NCBI GenBank assembly: GCA_963693055.1
Contig: OY843751.1
Coordinates: 5,344,001-5,408,000, forward strand
Source of the DNA: a bacterium
GTDB lineage: Bacteria; Zhuqueibacterota; Zhuqueibacteria; Residuimicrobiales; Krinioviventaceae
Length of the DNA stretch: 64,000 nt
Direction: 5' to 3'
Part shown: positions 31,347-40,627 of the stretch, piece by piece
Numbering within the stretch: position 1 is the stretch's first letter
Layout of the letters: every line of letters begins with the position of its first letter
Program-made: the position numbers and the translations under genes
The notes under the pieces: generated by a model
Databases searched by the model: none
Seen by the model: the letters and a program-made list of their open reading frames with translations, nothing else
Told to the model about the DNA's origin: nothing

Positions 31347-31531
31347 CATTTCGTAGGTATATAACCTATGTATTAGAGTAATGATAGTAAATTTTGTCAA
31401 AGAACAATTTTAAATGTTATAGATTTTATAAATATTTCATTCTCTTTGGAAAATTGAACTCAATTTATTAGTTCAATATGAAAAAATCCAATATTTCAGA
31501 TGTTTCTATATATGATTACAAACAATTAACT

Positions 31532-32008
31532 TTAATATTTAACCTTTTCATCAGTAAACAATGCTTCTTTTATTCTGATAATTTGTGACATTCTATCACT
31601 TTTAATATTATGCTCCCAAATTCTTATGACTTTCCATCCTTTTCGTCTCAAATTTTGAGTGACTTTTTTATCTCTTTTTCTATTGTTTTCAATTTTATTA
31701 ACCCAAAAGTCATTTTTCATCAAGTGTTTCCATCTAGGGAATTGCCAACCATGCCAGAAATCACTATCCAAAAAAATCAGAACATTAAACTGACGAAAAA
31801 CAATGTCTGGTTTTCCTTTTATATCTTTACAATTTAACTCAAAATCAAGATTTATTTCTTTTTCCAAACAATTAATAAAGTCCAATTCAAACTTCGTACC
31901 TCTCGACCTGATTTTAGACATATTGTAAGAACGTCTTTCTTCAGAAATTTTATCAGATGTTCTAGTTCTGTTAAAATTACGCCCCAAACTATTATTAATT
32001 TTTGTCAT
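31532..32008 (-). CDS. vsr: Very short patch repair endonuclease
   Basis: RSYNMSKIRSRGTK, GKPDIVF, DSDFWHG, FWVNKIENNRKRD, GWKVIRIWE. Confidence 0.93.
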   Translation of the reverse strand: MTKINNSLGRNFNRTRTSDKISEERRSYNMSKIRSRGTKFELDFINCLEKEINLDFELNCKDIKGKPDIVFRQFNVLIFLDSDFWHGWQFPRWKHLMKNDFWVNKIENNRKRDKKVTQNLRRKGWKVIRIWEHNIKSDRMSQIIRIKEALFTDEKVKY

Positions 32009-33117
32009 TATAAACCATATTTATCGTATTCATCATTAATATAATTTGTTTTTCTTTTTCCTAAATAATCACCAATAATATTAATCACAAACTTAACACC
32101 ATCTGAATAAATTTCACCCACATAATTCTTTACAAGTGAAATCCAAACATCTATTTTATTATCCATTTCACTTAATGCTTCAAAATTCCAATAATATCTC
32201 AAATCATCAATAGATCTACACTCAATATTATTTATAACTTGGTCAATATTATTGTATAAATTAACAAAAATCCTCGGTATCTCTGGATATGAATTATTTG
32301 CAATTACTAAATTTTCTCTCCCCCCAGCAGTAAACCTATCTCTAAGTGAAGAATCAACAATACCATAACGACTCGCTAACCATCCCGCAACTCGTTGGTA
32401 TTTTGTTGAATCATTACCAAATATTTCAGGAAATAATGCCATTGCTTCGACCTTCAAACTTTTCTTTTCTTCTTTTTCCAAATTTGAAAAAATTCTTATT
32501 GTTGGCTTTAAGACATTATTCGAATCTTCCATCCACCAAGGTTCTTCACCTGGCTTTGTATTTTTCCTATAATAATCAACAAAAGGTTTTACAGGATTAG
32601 CGAGTGCTCTCAAGTCATCATATTCGATTTCGAGCTTTGTAAATATTGTATTATTTCTTTCTATATCCATATCAATTAAATATCTTGGAGAATGGGTAAC
32701 AGCTATATCATAAAGACATTCATGATATGGTTTATACTTAAAACCTATTGGATCAGATAATTTTGCGAAATAAATAAAGATGTTGGAAACGTTCTCAACA
32801 CGTGTCGTTTCAAGGACACTATTCCCTGTGCTTTTCCAATGATTTTGTTTCGTTGTTTTAACTTCCACCCCATAAAGTTCTTTAACCACAATATCAGGAA
32901 ATTTATGACCAGATATTAATTGAATTGTATTTTCGAAAACAGTTTTTTTGGCAGCCTGACATAAAAAATCATACACATCACTTTCAAATTGAGATGCCGT
33001 ACGATTTAAAAAATAGTAAGAATTTGATTTGCATTCTTTTTCAATTGAGTTATGAGCTTTCTTAAGGATATCTTCAAATTCGTGCAACCTGGACTTCTTG
33101 TTTTCCGATACAATCAT
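32008..33117 (-). CDS. Putative type II restriction endonuclease (PD-(D/E)xK)
   Basis: FPDIV...GVEVKTT catalytic-like motif; lies between and overlaps the C5 MTase and vsr; AT-rich. Confidence 0.75.
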   Translation of the reverse strand: MIVSENKKSRLHEFEDILKKAHNSIEKECKSNSYYFLNRTASQFESDVYDFLCQAAKKTVFENTIQLISGHKFPDIVVKELYGVEVKTTKQNHWKSTGNSVLETTRVENVSNIFIYFAKLSDPIGFKYKPYHECLYDIAVTHSPRYLIDMDIERNNTIFTKLEIEYDDLRALANPVKPFVDYYRKNTKPGEEPWWMEDSNNVLKPTIRIFSNLEKEEKKSLKVEAMALFPEIFGNDSTKYQRVAGWLASRYGIVDSSLRDRFTAGGRENLVIANNSYPEIPRIFVNLYNNIDQVINNIECRSIDDLRYYWNFEALSEMDNKIDVWISLVKNYVGEIYSDGVKFVINIIGDYLGKRKTNYINDEYDKYGL

Positions 33118-34348
33118 GTTTCTCCCCAAATAATATTTCCCAGTTTTTTTGAATATTCCATGCTAAATGAAAAGCTAACAACGGAGGAACTGCATTACCA
33201 ATTAATTTATATGCGTTTGATGTTGAAAGTGAAAATTCTTTACCTAAATCATTGCTATCTCTAATAAATTTGAAATTGTCTGGAAAAGTTTGGATCCGGG
33301 CACATTCCCGAATTGTTAATCGTCTTTCCTTTAAACCTTCATCTAATTCATCAATATAGTTACCACCGTGCTCTTTTGCTAATCTTCTAAATTCTATATT
33401 GCCGTGATGCTCGGCTCTAATAGTAGGTCCAATTGACTTAACATTTATTTCCTTATTGCCTTGACAATGCGGTCCATACCATCTTGCTTTGGATAATGAC
33501 TTTTGTTCTAAATCTAAACTATTCTCGGGTTCTTCTAAATCTTCAAAAACATCACTCAAGGTTACATACTCGTTTAAATCGGGTTCTAGCATATTATAAT
33601 CATTTTTATTACGATGGGTCTTTTGAGGGTATAAATCAAATTTATCAAGATAATTCAAAAATTCAATATTTACACATTTCTTACTTATGCCAATAAATAT
33701 TACCCTTTCTCGAGATTGTGGAACTCCATATTCTGCCGCATTCAACACTTTTGCGTCATACACATAGTACCCATCATTAATATTACTAAAATCCTTCTGA
33801 ATAATTTCTTTAACACTCGGTAACGAAACTAAACCTTTAACATTTTCCGCAATAAACATTTTAGGTTTAATAATTTCAATTGCCTTCCTCATCCATATAT
33901 AAAGCTGTCCTCTATTCTCAATAGTAGGCTTGTCGTTATTTATTAAAGTGCCTAAATGAGATTTATGTGAATTAAATCCATTCCTTTTACCAGCCACACT
34001 AAAATCTTGGCAAGGAAAGCCACCTGTAACAATATCAGCATTTGGAAATTTAAAATCCCCATTTTCAGCTCTTTTAATTAAATCTACTATTGAATCTCTG
34101 AAAAAGATACTTTCCTTCTGAAAAAATGGTTCCCATGCCGCTTTTGCTTCTCTCAATATATCATTCGCAAATACAACATTAAAATGAGTTCTAGGTAATC
34201 TAACAAAATTCCCCTTTTCGATACCTGTGCGCCATTCTGGTTGAATTTTATAATTTACACTTTTCTTATGCACATAGAATCCACCCTCAAATCCAAGGTC
34301 CATACCTCCACAACCTGAAAACAGGCTTACTATATTAATTCTTTTCAT
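33074..34348 (-). CDS. DNA (cytosine-5) methyltransferase, M.BepI-like
   Basis: Motif I SLFSGCGGMDLG, IV GGFPCQDFS, VI ENVKGL, VIII QSRERV, IX/X RECARIQTFP and IGNAVPP; TRD contains TIRAEHHGNIEFRRL. Confidence 0.95.
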   Translation of the reverse strand: MKRINIVSLFSGCGGMDLGFEGGFYVHKKSVNYKIQPEWRTGIEKGNFVRLPRTHFNVVFANDILREAKAAWEPFFQKESIFFRDSIVDLIKRAENGDFKFPNADIVTGGFPCQDFSVAGKRNGFNSHKSHLGTLINNDKPTIENRGQLYIWMRKAIEIIKPKMFIAENVKGLVSLPSVKEIIQKDFSNINDGYYVYDAKVLNAAEYGVPQSRERVIFIGISKKCVNIEFLNYLDKFDLYPQKTHRNKNDYNMLEPDLNEYVTLSDVFEDLEEPENSLDLEQKSLSKARWYGPHCQGNKEINVKSIGPTIRAEHHGNIEFRRLAKEHGGNYIDELDEGLKERRLTIRECARIQTFPDNFKFIRDSNDLGKEFSLSTSNAYKLIGNAVPPLLAFHLAWNIQKNWEILFGEKHDCIGKQEVQVARI

Positions 34349-34574
34349 AAGAGAAAGGCTCCAATAAAAAATTAGTAATTAATTTTGGGAACTTTTAATA
34401 ATTACTAACCATTATAACAAGTTTTATAATACAGAATTTCTAAAAATCATTAATCATTCAATATACAAAATTAAAAAAATAAACCACAGTTTTTTTCCAA
34501 ACAAATCCCCCACGCCAACAATTTTCACACTCGACCGATCGTGACGGAGATGATCTCCATCATCATCCTTTCTT

Positions 34575-34605
34575 CTCGTGCCCCGGGCTCTGCCTGGACA
34601 CAGAG
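34575..34605. repeat. Degenerate REP-like palindrome, same family as 28600
   Basis: CTCGTGCCCCGGGCTCTGCCTGGACACAGAG shares TCGTGCCC(C)GGGCTCTGCCTGG with 28600-28620 in direct orientation. Confidence 0.65.
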
Positions 34606-34814
34606 GCTTTACTCAAACGGATTGCAACAACCATCCCGTCAAGACGCATAAATAAAACATTATCCCTAATCCATTAACAAATATTATCGAACAATTTTGC
34701 CTGACAGCAGTTAGACAAGAATAGCGCTTCTTCCGCATCCAACATGCCAAAGCATCTTGCAATTCCTGAGAAATTTGCGTAAATTACCAGATTATCTATA
34801 AACAGGCAGAAATA

Positions 34815-36152
34815 TTGGATTTATTTGAACAACATAACCCAAAGCAAAAGCAGAAAAATGTCTATCGTCCCCTGGCAGACCGTATGCGTCCCGAAACTCT
34901 GGACCAGATCGCCGGTCAGCAGCATTTGCTGGGACCGGACAAGATCCTGCGGCGCGCAATAGAATCAGACAAGCTGGTTTCCATGATATTCTGGGGCCCG
35001 CCGGGTGTGGGCAAGACCACCCTGGCGCGCGTAGTAGCTAACGAGAGCAAGTCCGACTTTAACGCCATCAGCGCGGTTACTGCCGGCGTTGCAGATATCC
35101 GTCTGGTCATTAAAAAAGCGCGCGAGAACCAGAAAATGGGCGCGCGTACCATCCTGTTTATCGATGAAATCCACCGTTTCAACAAATCCCAGCAGGACGC
35201 CCTGCTGCACAGCGTTGAAGACGGTACCATTCTGCTAATCGGTGCGACTACCGAAAACCCCAGTTTTGAAGTGATCTCGGCACTGCTGTCACGAAGCCGG
35301 GTATACAAGCTCGATCCCCTCAGCCATGACGATCTCAACGGCATTCTGGACAATGCCCTGCAAAACGACGAGGTTCTCAAGGCCGCAAACATAACATTGA
35401 ACGACGATGCCAAAAGCATTTTAGTAGACCTGTGCGGCGGAGACGCCCGAAATCTGCTCACCGCATTGGAACTGGCAGTGCAACTTGCCAAATCCAATGA
35501 TGCCGGCGGTAAAACCATAGATCGTGACCTCATTGAAGAGGCCATGCAGAAACGCACCCTGCTGTACGACAAAAAAGGCGAGTATCATTACGATGTCATC
35601 TCTGCGTTCATTAAAAGCGTGCGCGGTTCCGATCCCGATGCTGCCATCTATTGGCTGGCGCGTATGCTGGCTTCGGGAGAAGATCCCAAGTTCATTGCGC
35701 GCAGATTGATCATTTCCGCGTCCGAAGACATAGGCAATGCCGATCCGCATGCACTCATGGTAGCTACATCCGCATTTTCCGCAGTGACCTATATTGGCCT
35801 GCCAGAAGCGCAACTGATACTGGCACAGGCTACTACATATCTGGCATCCGCTCCCAAGAGCAATGCTTCATACCTGGCTATCAACAATGCCCTGGCAGAC
35901 ATCAAATCAGAAAAACCCGGTGATGTACCGCTGCATTTGCGCAACGCACCCACCAAATTGATGAAAGATATGGGCTATAAAAAAGAATATCAATATCCGC
36001 ACGACTTTGGCGGATTTGTAGACCAAAATTATTTCCCGGATGTAAACAAAACACGTACTTATTATCGTCCAACTGAAAACGGTGTAGAAAAACGCATCAA
36101 AGAGCGGTTACTGGCACTGTGGCCCAAACGAAAAAGAGACATAACAACCTGA
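34815..36152 (+). CDS. rarA: Replication-associated recombination protein A (MgsA/RarA AAA+ ATPase)
   Basis: PLADRMRP, WGPPGVGKTT, DEIHRFNKSQQD, GATTENP, SEDIGNADP; TTG start. Confidence 0.96.
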   Translation: MDLFEQHNPKQKQKNVYRPLADRMRPETLDQIAGQQHLLGPDKILRRAIESDKLVSMIFWGPPGVGKTTLARVVANESKSDFNAISAVTAGVADIRLVIKKARENQKMGARTILFIDEIHRFNKSQQDALLHSVEDGTILLIGATTENPSFEVISALLSRSRVYKLDPLSHDDLNGILDNALQNDEVLKAANITLNDDAKSILVDLCGGDARNLLTALELAVQLAKSNDAGGKTIDRDLIEEAMQKRTLLYDKKGEYHYDVISAFIKSVRGSDPDAAIYWLARMLASGEDPKFIARRLIISASEDIGNADPHALMVATSAFSAVTYIGLPEAQLILAQATTYLASAPKSNASYLAINNALADIKSEKPGDVPLHLRNAPTKLMKDMGYKKEYQYPHDFGGFVDQNYFPDVNKTRTYYRPTENGVEKRIKERLLALWPKRKRDITT

Positions 36153-38908
36153 TGTTTAAAAGACTATATACATATTTAATCATAGCGTGCGGTGCGGTTG
36201 GCCTTTTTGCGCAAAATCCGTTCGAGTCCTCTTCCCCGGTTGGAGACACCTTTCCTAAAATGCCGGACCTGGTCTTGCCAGATACCCTGGCTGCAGAAAT
36301 GCCGGATACAAGCATGCTGGCATTACCGGATTCTGTATCAGCAGACACCATGGCTGTTGACTCGCTCGCGAAAACAAAAAAATCCGATATAGATACCACC
36401 ATCTTTTACGATGCACGTTCTATCTATACCGATGTTGAATCACGCACCACCGAGCTCACAGGTGATGCGGTTATCAAGTATGGCGGTATGACCCTGAAAG
36501 CCGAGAAAATCACCCTCGACTGGAAAAACTATTTAATGACCGCCGAGTCTGTTGCAGATTCTCAGTGGGTCTATACCGACAGCACTCACAGCGATTCGGT
36601 GATGCATGTTGAATATATCGGTAAACCAGAATTAAATGAAGGCGGCTCGCCCTATGTTGGCGACAAGATGGTATTCAACTATAAAACCCAAAAGGGAATT
36701 GTGGTCAGAGGCCGCACCGAACTGGAAGGCGGCAAGTACGTTGGGCAGCAAATCAAGCGAGTAAATGACGACATTTTTCACATCAAAAACTCTTCTTTTA
36801 CTACCTGCGATTTGGATACTAATCCGCACTTTCATTTCGAATCCGCAAAGATGAAAATGGTTATGAAAGACAAGGTTATTGTAAAACCTGTGGTCATGTA
36901 TATGGGGCACATCCCCATGCTGGCATTGCCATTTGCGGTATTTCCCATAAAGTCGGGTCGTCAGTCAGGCATTCTCACACCAACCTATAGTGAAAGCAGC
37001 ACCGAAGGTCGCTCTTTGCGCAACATGGGATACTATTGGGCCCCAAGCGATTATTTTGACGCAAAGTTAAGCATGGATTATTTTGAAAAAGCCGGCTTTT
37101 TGTTCCGGGGAAGTTCAAACTACAATGTGCGCTATTTACTAAACGGCAGCATGAGCGGATCGTACACTCATAAAGAGACCAACGGCAACAAAACCCGACG
37201 CTGGGATATGCGCGTCAGCCACAAGCAGGATATCAGTCCATCTTCCCGGTTCTCAGTATCCGGCTACTTTGTCAGTGACAAAGATTATTACAAAGATTAC
37301 AGTACCAACCTCTCTACCCGTTTAACGCGCGAAATGCGTTCCAACGCAACCTATACCAAAAGCTGGTCGAAACAAAAATTAAGCCTTAGCGTCAACATGT
37401 CTCGTGTGCATGACCTGCAGGATGACGTGGTACAGGAAACATTACCGCAGGTTTCATTCCGCAAGGGACAAACTCAAATATTTAAACCCAAAAAGAAATC
37501 ATCCCGCAGCTCTGGTGGATCAAGCCGCAGAGACTCGCACTGGTATGAATCGCTTTATTTTTCATACAATTCAAACCTGATCAACAAAAATCGCGAATAC
37601 CTTTCATATGCCAATAACGATACCACCAAAGAAATGGATGAAACCCGTCAAATGACACACGATTTTAGTTTTTCACTAACCAGCCCCAAAAAATTCTTTG
37701 GTTTTCTATCAATGAATCAATATTTCAATGTTAGCGAAGACTGGTTTGATCAGGAAAAAACCTATTCATGGGATACCGAAAGCGAATCCATAGATCCGGA
37801 TACCACGCACGGATTTGCAGCCCGCCATACTTTTGATTATCGAGCTTCTGCCAATACCAAATTATATGGTATGTTTGCACCTCCCATTGGTGATCTGCAG
37901 GCAATCCGCCATGTAATGACGCCTTCTCTTTCTTTCACTTATCAACCCGACTTTTCTGATCCGCAATGGGGATATTATGAAGAAATTGAAACCGATGACG
38001 GTGTAGAAAAACGCGACAAGTTTAGCGGCACACCTTCAACAGGCAGAAAAAGTGTAAGCCTTAGTGTTCAGAACTTGTTTCAAATGAAACGAGGCGAAGG
38101 TGAAAAAGAAAAGAAATTTGACCTGTTTACCATGAATTTCAGCACCGGTTACAATTTTGAAGCAGAAAAGAACAAGCTCTCTGACCTCAGCACTTCCTGG
38201 AACGCCAATCCCATGAAAAATTTCAGTCTCAGTGCCAGCACCTCACACAGTTTTTACAAATGGATCAGCGAACCAACCACTAGCAATTCGACCTATGGCT
38301 ACAAGAGCAACAATTATTTATTTAAAGATGGCGGATGGAAAAGCGGTGACTTTATGCGTATGACAAACCTGCGTCTTAATTTCTCCCTGCGCTTACAGGG
38401 TAAAAAAGACAAAGGCGGTAAAGATGATGAAGAAAGACCCTTTGAAAACATATTGGATGAAGAAGAACCAGACCCGCTTTTGGAAGAAGAAAACCTCAGC
38501 GTACTTGAAGAAGATCTGCTAAGGCGCGGCAACCGTTTTGAAAACGAAATGGCAATGAGATCGCTGAGCATCCCCTGGCAGGCATCACTCAACTTTTCGT
38601 TCAGCAATAACAAAAGCAATCCCTTGAATCCAACCAAAAGATATTATATGGGTATTCGGGGTGCGGAAATAAACCTAACCCGCAACTGGAGAATTGGTTA
38701 CACCGCTCAATACGATCTTGAAAAGAAAGAGATAGCGTCGCACAGCTTTACATTTCACAGAGATCTGCACTGCTGGGAAGGCAGAGTAGACTGGGTACCT
38801 TCAGGACCCAGCAAAAGGATATACGTAATTATTAACATCAAAGCCCGCGTTCTCCAGGACCTTAAAATTGAAAAACGCGGTGGGGCTTCGAGTATGTTAG
38901 GATATTAA
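36152..38908 (+). CDS. lptD: LPS-assembly protein LptD-like
   Basis: Signal peptide, OstA-like region with FTTCD..PHFHF, beta-barrel, RDLHCW motif; ATG overlaps the rarA stop. Confidence 0.85.
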   Translation: MFKRLYTYLIIACGAVGLFAQNPFESSSPVGDTFPKMPDLVLPDTLAAEMPDTSMLALPDSVSADTMAVDSLAKTKKSDIDTTIFYDARSIYTDVESRTTELTGDAVIKYGGMTLKAEKITLDWKNYLMTAESVADSQWVYTDSTHSDSVMHVEYIGKPELNEGGSPYVGDKMVFNYKTQKGIVVRGRTELEGGKYVGQQIKRVNDDIFHIKNSSFTTCDLDTNPHFHFESAKMKMVMKDKVIVKPVVMYMGHIPMLALPFAVFPIKSGRQSGILTPTYSESSTEGRSLRNMGYYWAPSDYFDAKLSMDYFEKAGFLFRGSSNYNVRYLLNGSMSGSYTHKETNGNKTRRWDMRVSHKQDISPSSRFSVSGYFVSDKDYYKDYSTNLSTRLTREMRSNATYTKSWSKQKLSLSVNMSRVHDLQDDVVQETLPQVSFRKGQTQIFKPKKKSSRSSGGSSRRDSHWYESLYFSYNSNLINKNREYLSYANNDTTKEMDETRQMTHDFSFSLTSPKKFFGFLSMNQYFNVSEDWFDQEKTYSWDTESESIDPDTTHGFAARHTFDYRASANTKLYGMFAPPIGDLQAIRHVMTPSLSFTYQPDFSDPQWGYYEEIETDDGVEKRDKFSGTPSTGRKSVSLSVQNLFQMKRGEGEKEKKFDLFTMNFSTGYNFEAEKNKLSDLSTSWNANPMKNFSLSASTSHSFYKWISEPTTSNSTYGYKSNNYLFKDGGWKSGDFMRMTNLRLNFSLRLQGKKDKGGKDDEERPFENILDEEEPDPLLEEENLSVLEEDLLRRGNRFENEMAMRSLSIPWQASLNFSFSNNKSNPLNPTKRYYMGIRGAEINLTRNWRIGYTAQYDLEKKEIASHSFTFHRDLHCWEGRVDWVPSGPSKRIYVIINIKARVLQDLKIEKRGGASSMLGY

Positions 38909-38916
38909 CAGCGAGG

Positions 38917-39366
38917 TTATTGCACAAACTCGGTATCATCCGCTTGTTGTATCGTATGAATCGCATCCTTTTCAAGATATTGGATCCACTGTGCGGAAAG
39001 CTGTACCGGGTTAAATCCATTTTTGTGATCACTATTGGGCATGGATTGCAATTCGCCCAATATCAAAACGGAACTGCCTTTTTTCAAATACTTGTTACAC
39101 TGTAATGCCTGTTTTGACCACACAACCACACTAACCAAACAGCTTTCCCGTTCCATTCCTTCTAGCTCATTACCACTGCTTTCCGGTTTGGTTGCAATGA
39201 TAAAATTGGTTACGGGTACTCCTCGCTTTGTCCAGCGTACCGGTGGATCATGGATCAATTTTCCCGCGATTACAACACGGTTCATCACCGGCATTTTGAA
39301 ATCTTTTTCTTCCCCAACTTCTTTTTCTTCTTCACTAACCAGCAATACGTCTTCTTTTTCCAACAT
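38917..39366 (-). CDS. ssb: Single-stranded DNA-binding protein, divergent paralogue
   Basis: MNRVVIAGKL..DP.VRWT..G.PVTNF.IA; VVVWSKQA..CNKYLKKGS.V.I.GELQ; no DDDIPF tail. Confidence 0.8.
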   Translation of the reverse strand: MLEKEDVLLVSEEEKEVGEEKDFKMPVMNRVVIAGKLIHDPPVRWTKRGVPVTNFIIATKPESSGNELEGMERESCLVSVVVWSKQALQCNKYLKKGSSVLILGELQSMPNSDHKNGFNPVQLSAQWIQYLEKDAIHTIQQADDTEFVQ

Positions 39367-40119
39367 TCATCCCTCTTGTCTTTTCTTTTCAAGAAATAAC
39401 GACAAACTCCCAACAGCCGAAGGGCTAGTATCAGGATGGTCCCGGTGTTCTTTTAATGCTTCGGGACCTTTAACAGTCAGGATGTGTGTATATTCATGCC
39501 GATCTTGAGCATGCTGTACACAATCCATCACCTGTTTTGTGGAAACATTCAATTGACAGAAAAATACAAGCTCTGGCTTCCGGTTAGGCAGACTTTCTAC
39601 CAACCCCAGAGGTTCTATTCGCAAAAGTTGCTTTTCTATTCCCAATTCCTCGTTCAGCTCGGTCAGCATTGCGTCATCAATTGAGGGTGGCATACTTTTA
39701 TCAGCGGCAATCTCTATATGACCGCCAAAGACATCCACAAATCCGGGATATTCTCCTAAATACCGGCTGCGCTTCATCAAAAGTATGTCATTGTCCTGTG
39801 TTTCTACAACCGCACTGATTCCCAGTGCATACGACAAACTGTTCTCTCCCCAGTTTTGCAGGACAGTTTCCAAATGATGATTACAATACACCTGGGTGCA
39901 ATAATCGGTCACACCCAACTCCAATTCGAGTGTATCTGACTTTATCGTCCAGGCGCTTAACCTTGCCAGCTTTCCATTATACATTCCCGGTTTAACAAAT
40001 TCCTGCCAAAATTTTTGAGCATTGGCATAAAGTTCCGGAGGAAACGAAAAATTTGTTTCTTTCTTATTAACTATCACATGATTTACAGGAAAAGCAAGAG
40101 TACGAAACAAGGCTTGCAT
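39367..40119 (-). CDS. NUDIX hydrolase family protein
   Basis: Nudix-box-like GGHIE...AMLTELNEELGI. Confidence 0.75.
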   Translation of the reverse strand: MQALFRTLAFPVNHVIVNKKETNFSFPPELYANAQKFWQEFVKPGMYNGKLARLSAWTIKSDTLELELGVTDYCTQVYCNHHLETVLQNWGENSLSYALGISAVVETQDNDILLMKRSRYLGEYPGFVDVFGGHIEIAADKSMPPSIDDAMLTELNEELGIEKQLLRIEPLGLVESLPNRKPELVFFCQLNVSTKQVMDCVQHAQDRHEYTHILTVKGPEALKEHRDHPDTSPSAVGSLSLFLEKKRQEG

Positions 40120-40120
40120 T

Positions 40121-40624
40121 TCAAAGAACCGAATGTTCCAAACGCAATAATGCGTCCTTTATAGTAACTCCGCCAGCATATCCGCCAAGCTTGCCATCCG
40201 ATTGAATAACCCGGTGACAGGGCACAATGATGGGCAGCGGATTGGCGCCATTTGCCGTGCCAACAGCACGGGAGGCACCCGGCTTGCCAAGTTCTTTGGC
40301 AATTTCACCATAGGTCCGCGTTACACCATAGGGGATACGTTTTACGGAATTCCATACCTGATTTTGAAACGGTGTGCCAGTATCGGGATCAGTGGGTCCA
40401 TCAAATTCTACTTTTGCACCGTTTAAATATGCTGCAAGTTTTTCTATCAAGAGGGAAAATTGATTCTGAATAGGTTCAAGAGTGTATCGAGTGCTCAATC
40501 GACCCAACACATCGTCAATGTGTTTGCCATTGAGAAAAGAAATAGATCGGGGGCCTTTGTCAGAAAAAAGCAAAAATAAATCAGACAATTGCCAGGGAAT
40601 TGTGGTGTAATATAAAGTACTCAT
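40121..40624 (-). CDS. ogt: Methylated-DNA--protein-cysteine S-methyltransferase
   Basis: GTPFQ..VW, IPYG.TRTY, RAVG.ANGANP, active site PCHRV. Confidence 0.95.
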   Translation of the reverse strand: MSTLYYTTIPWQLSDLFLLFSDKGPRSISFLNGKHIDDVLGRLSTRYTLEPIQNQFSLLIEKLAAYLNGAKVEFDGPTDPDTGTPFQNQVWNSVKRIPYGVTRTYGEIAKELGKPGASRAVGTANGANPLPIIVPCHRVIQSDGKLGGYAGGVTIKDALLRLEHSVL

Positions 40625-40627
40625 TCA

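Larger units (their letters stand above)
28860..31506 (+). mobile_element. IS5-family insertion sequence interrupted by an IS256 (1212 bp once the IS256 and one TSD copy are removed)
   Basis: IRL GAAACCTCTGAAATATT (28860-28876) and IRR AATATTTCAGATGTTTC (31490-31506), 16/17 match; TATAT on both flanks. Confidence 0.88.

Noticed and set aside
34815-37400. Higher GC of rarA and the start of lptD as a sign of horizontal transfer
   Set aside because: These are core housekeeping genes in a coupled operon with no mobility signature; the contrast is exaggerated by the adjacent AT-rich island
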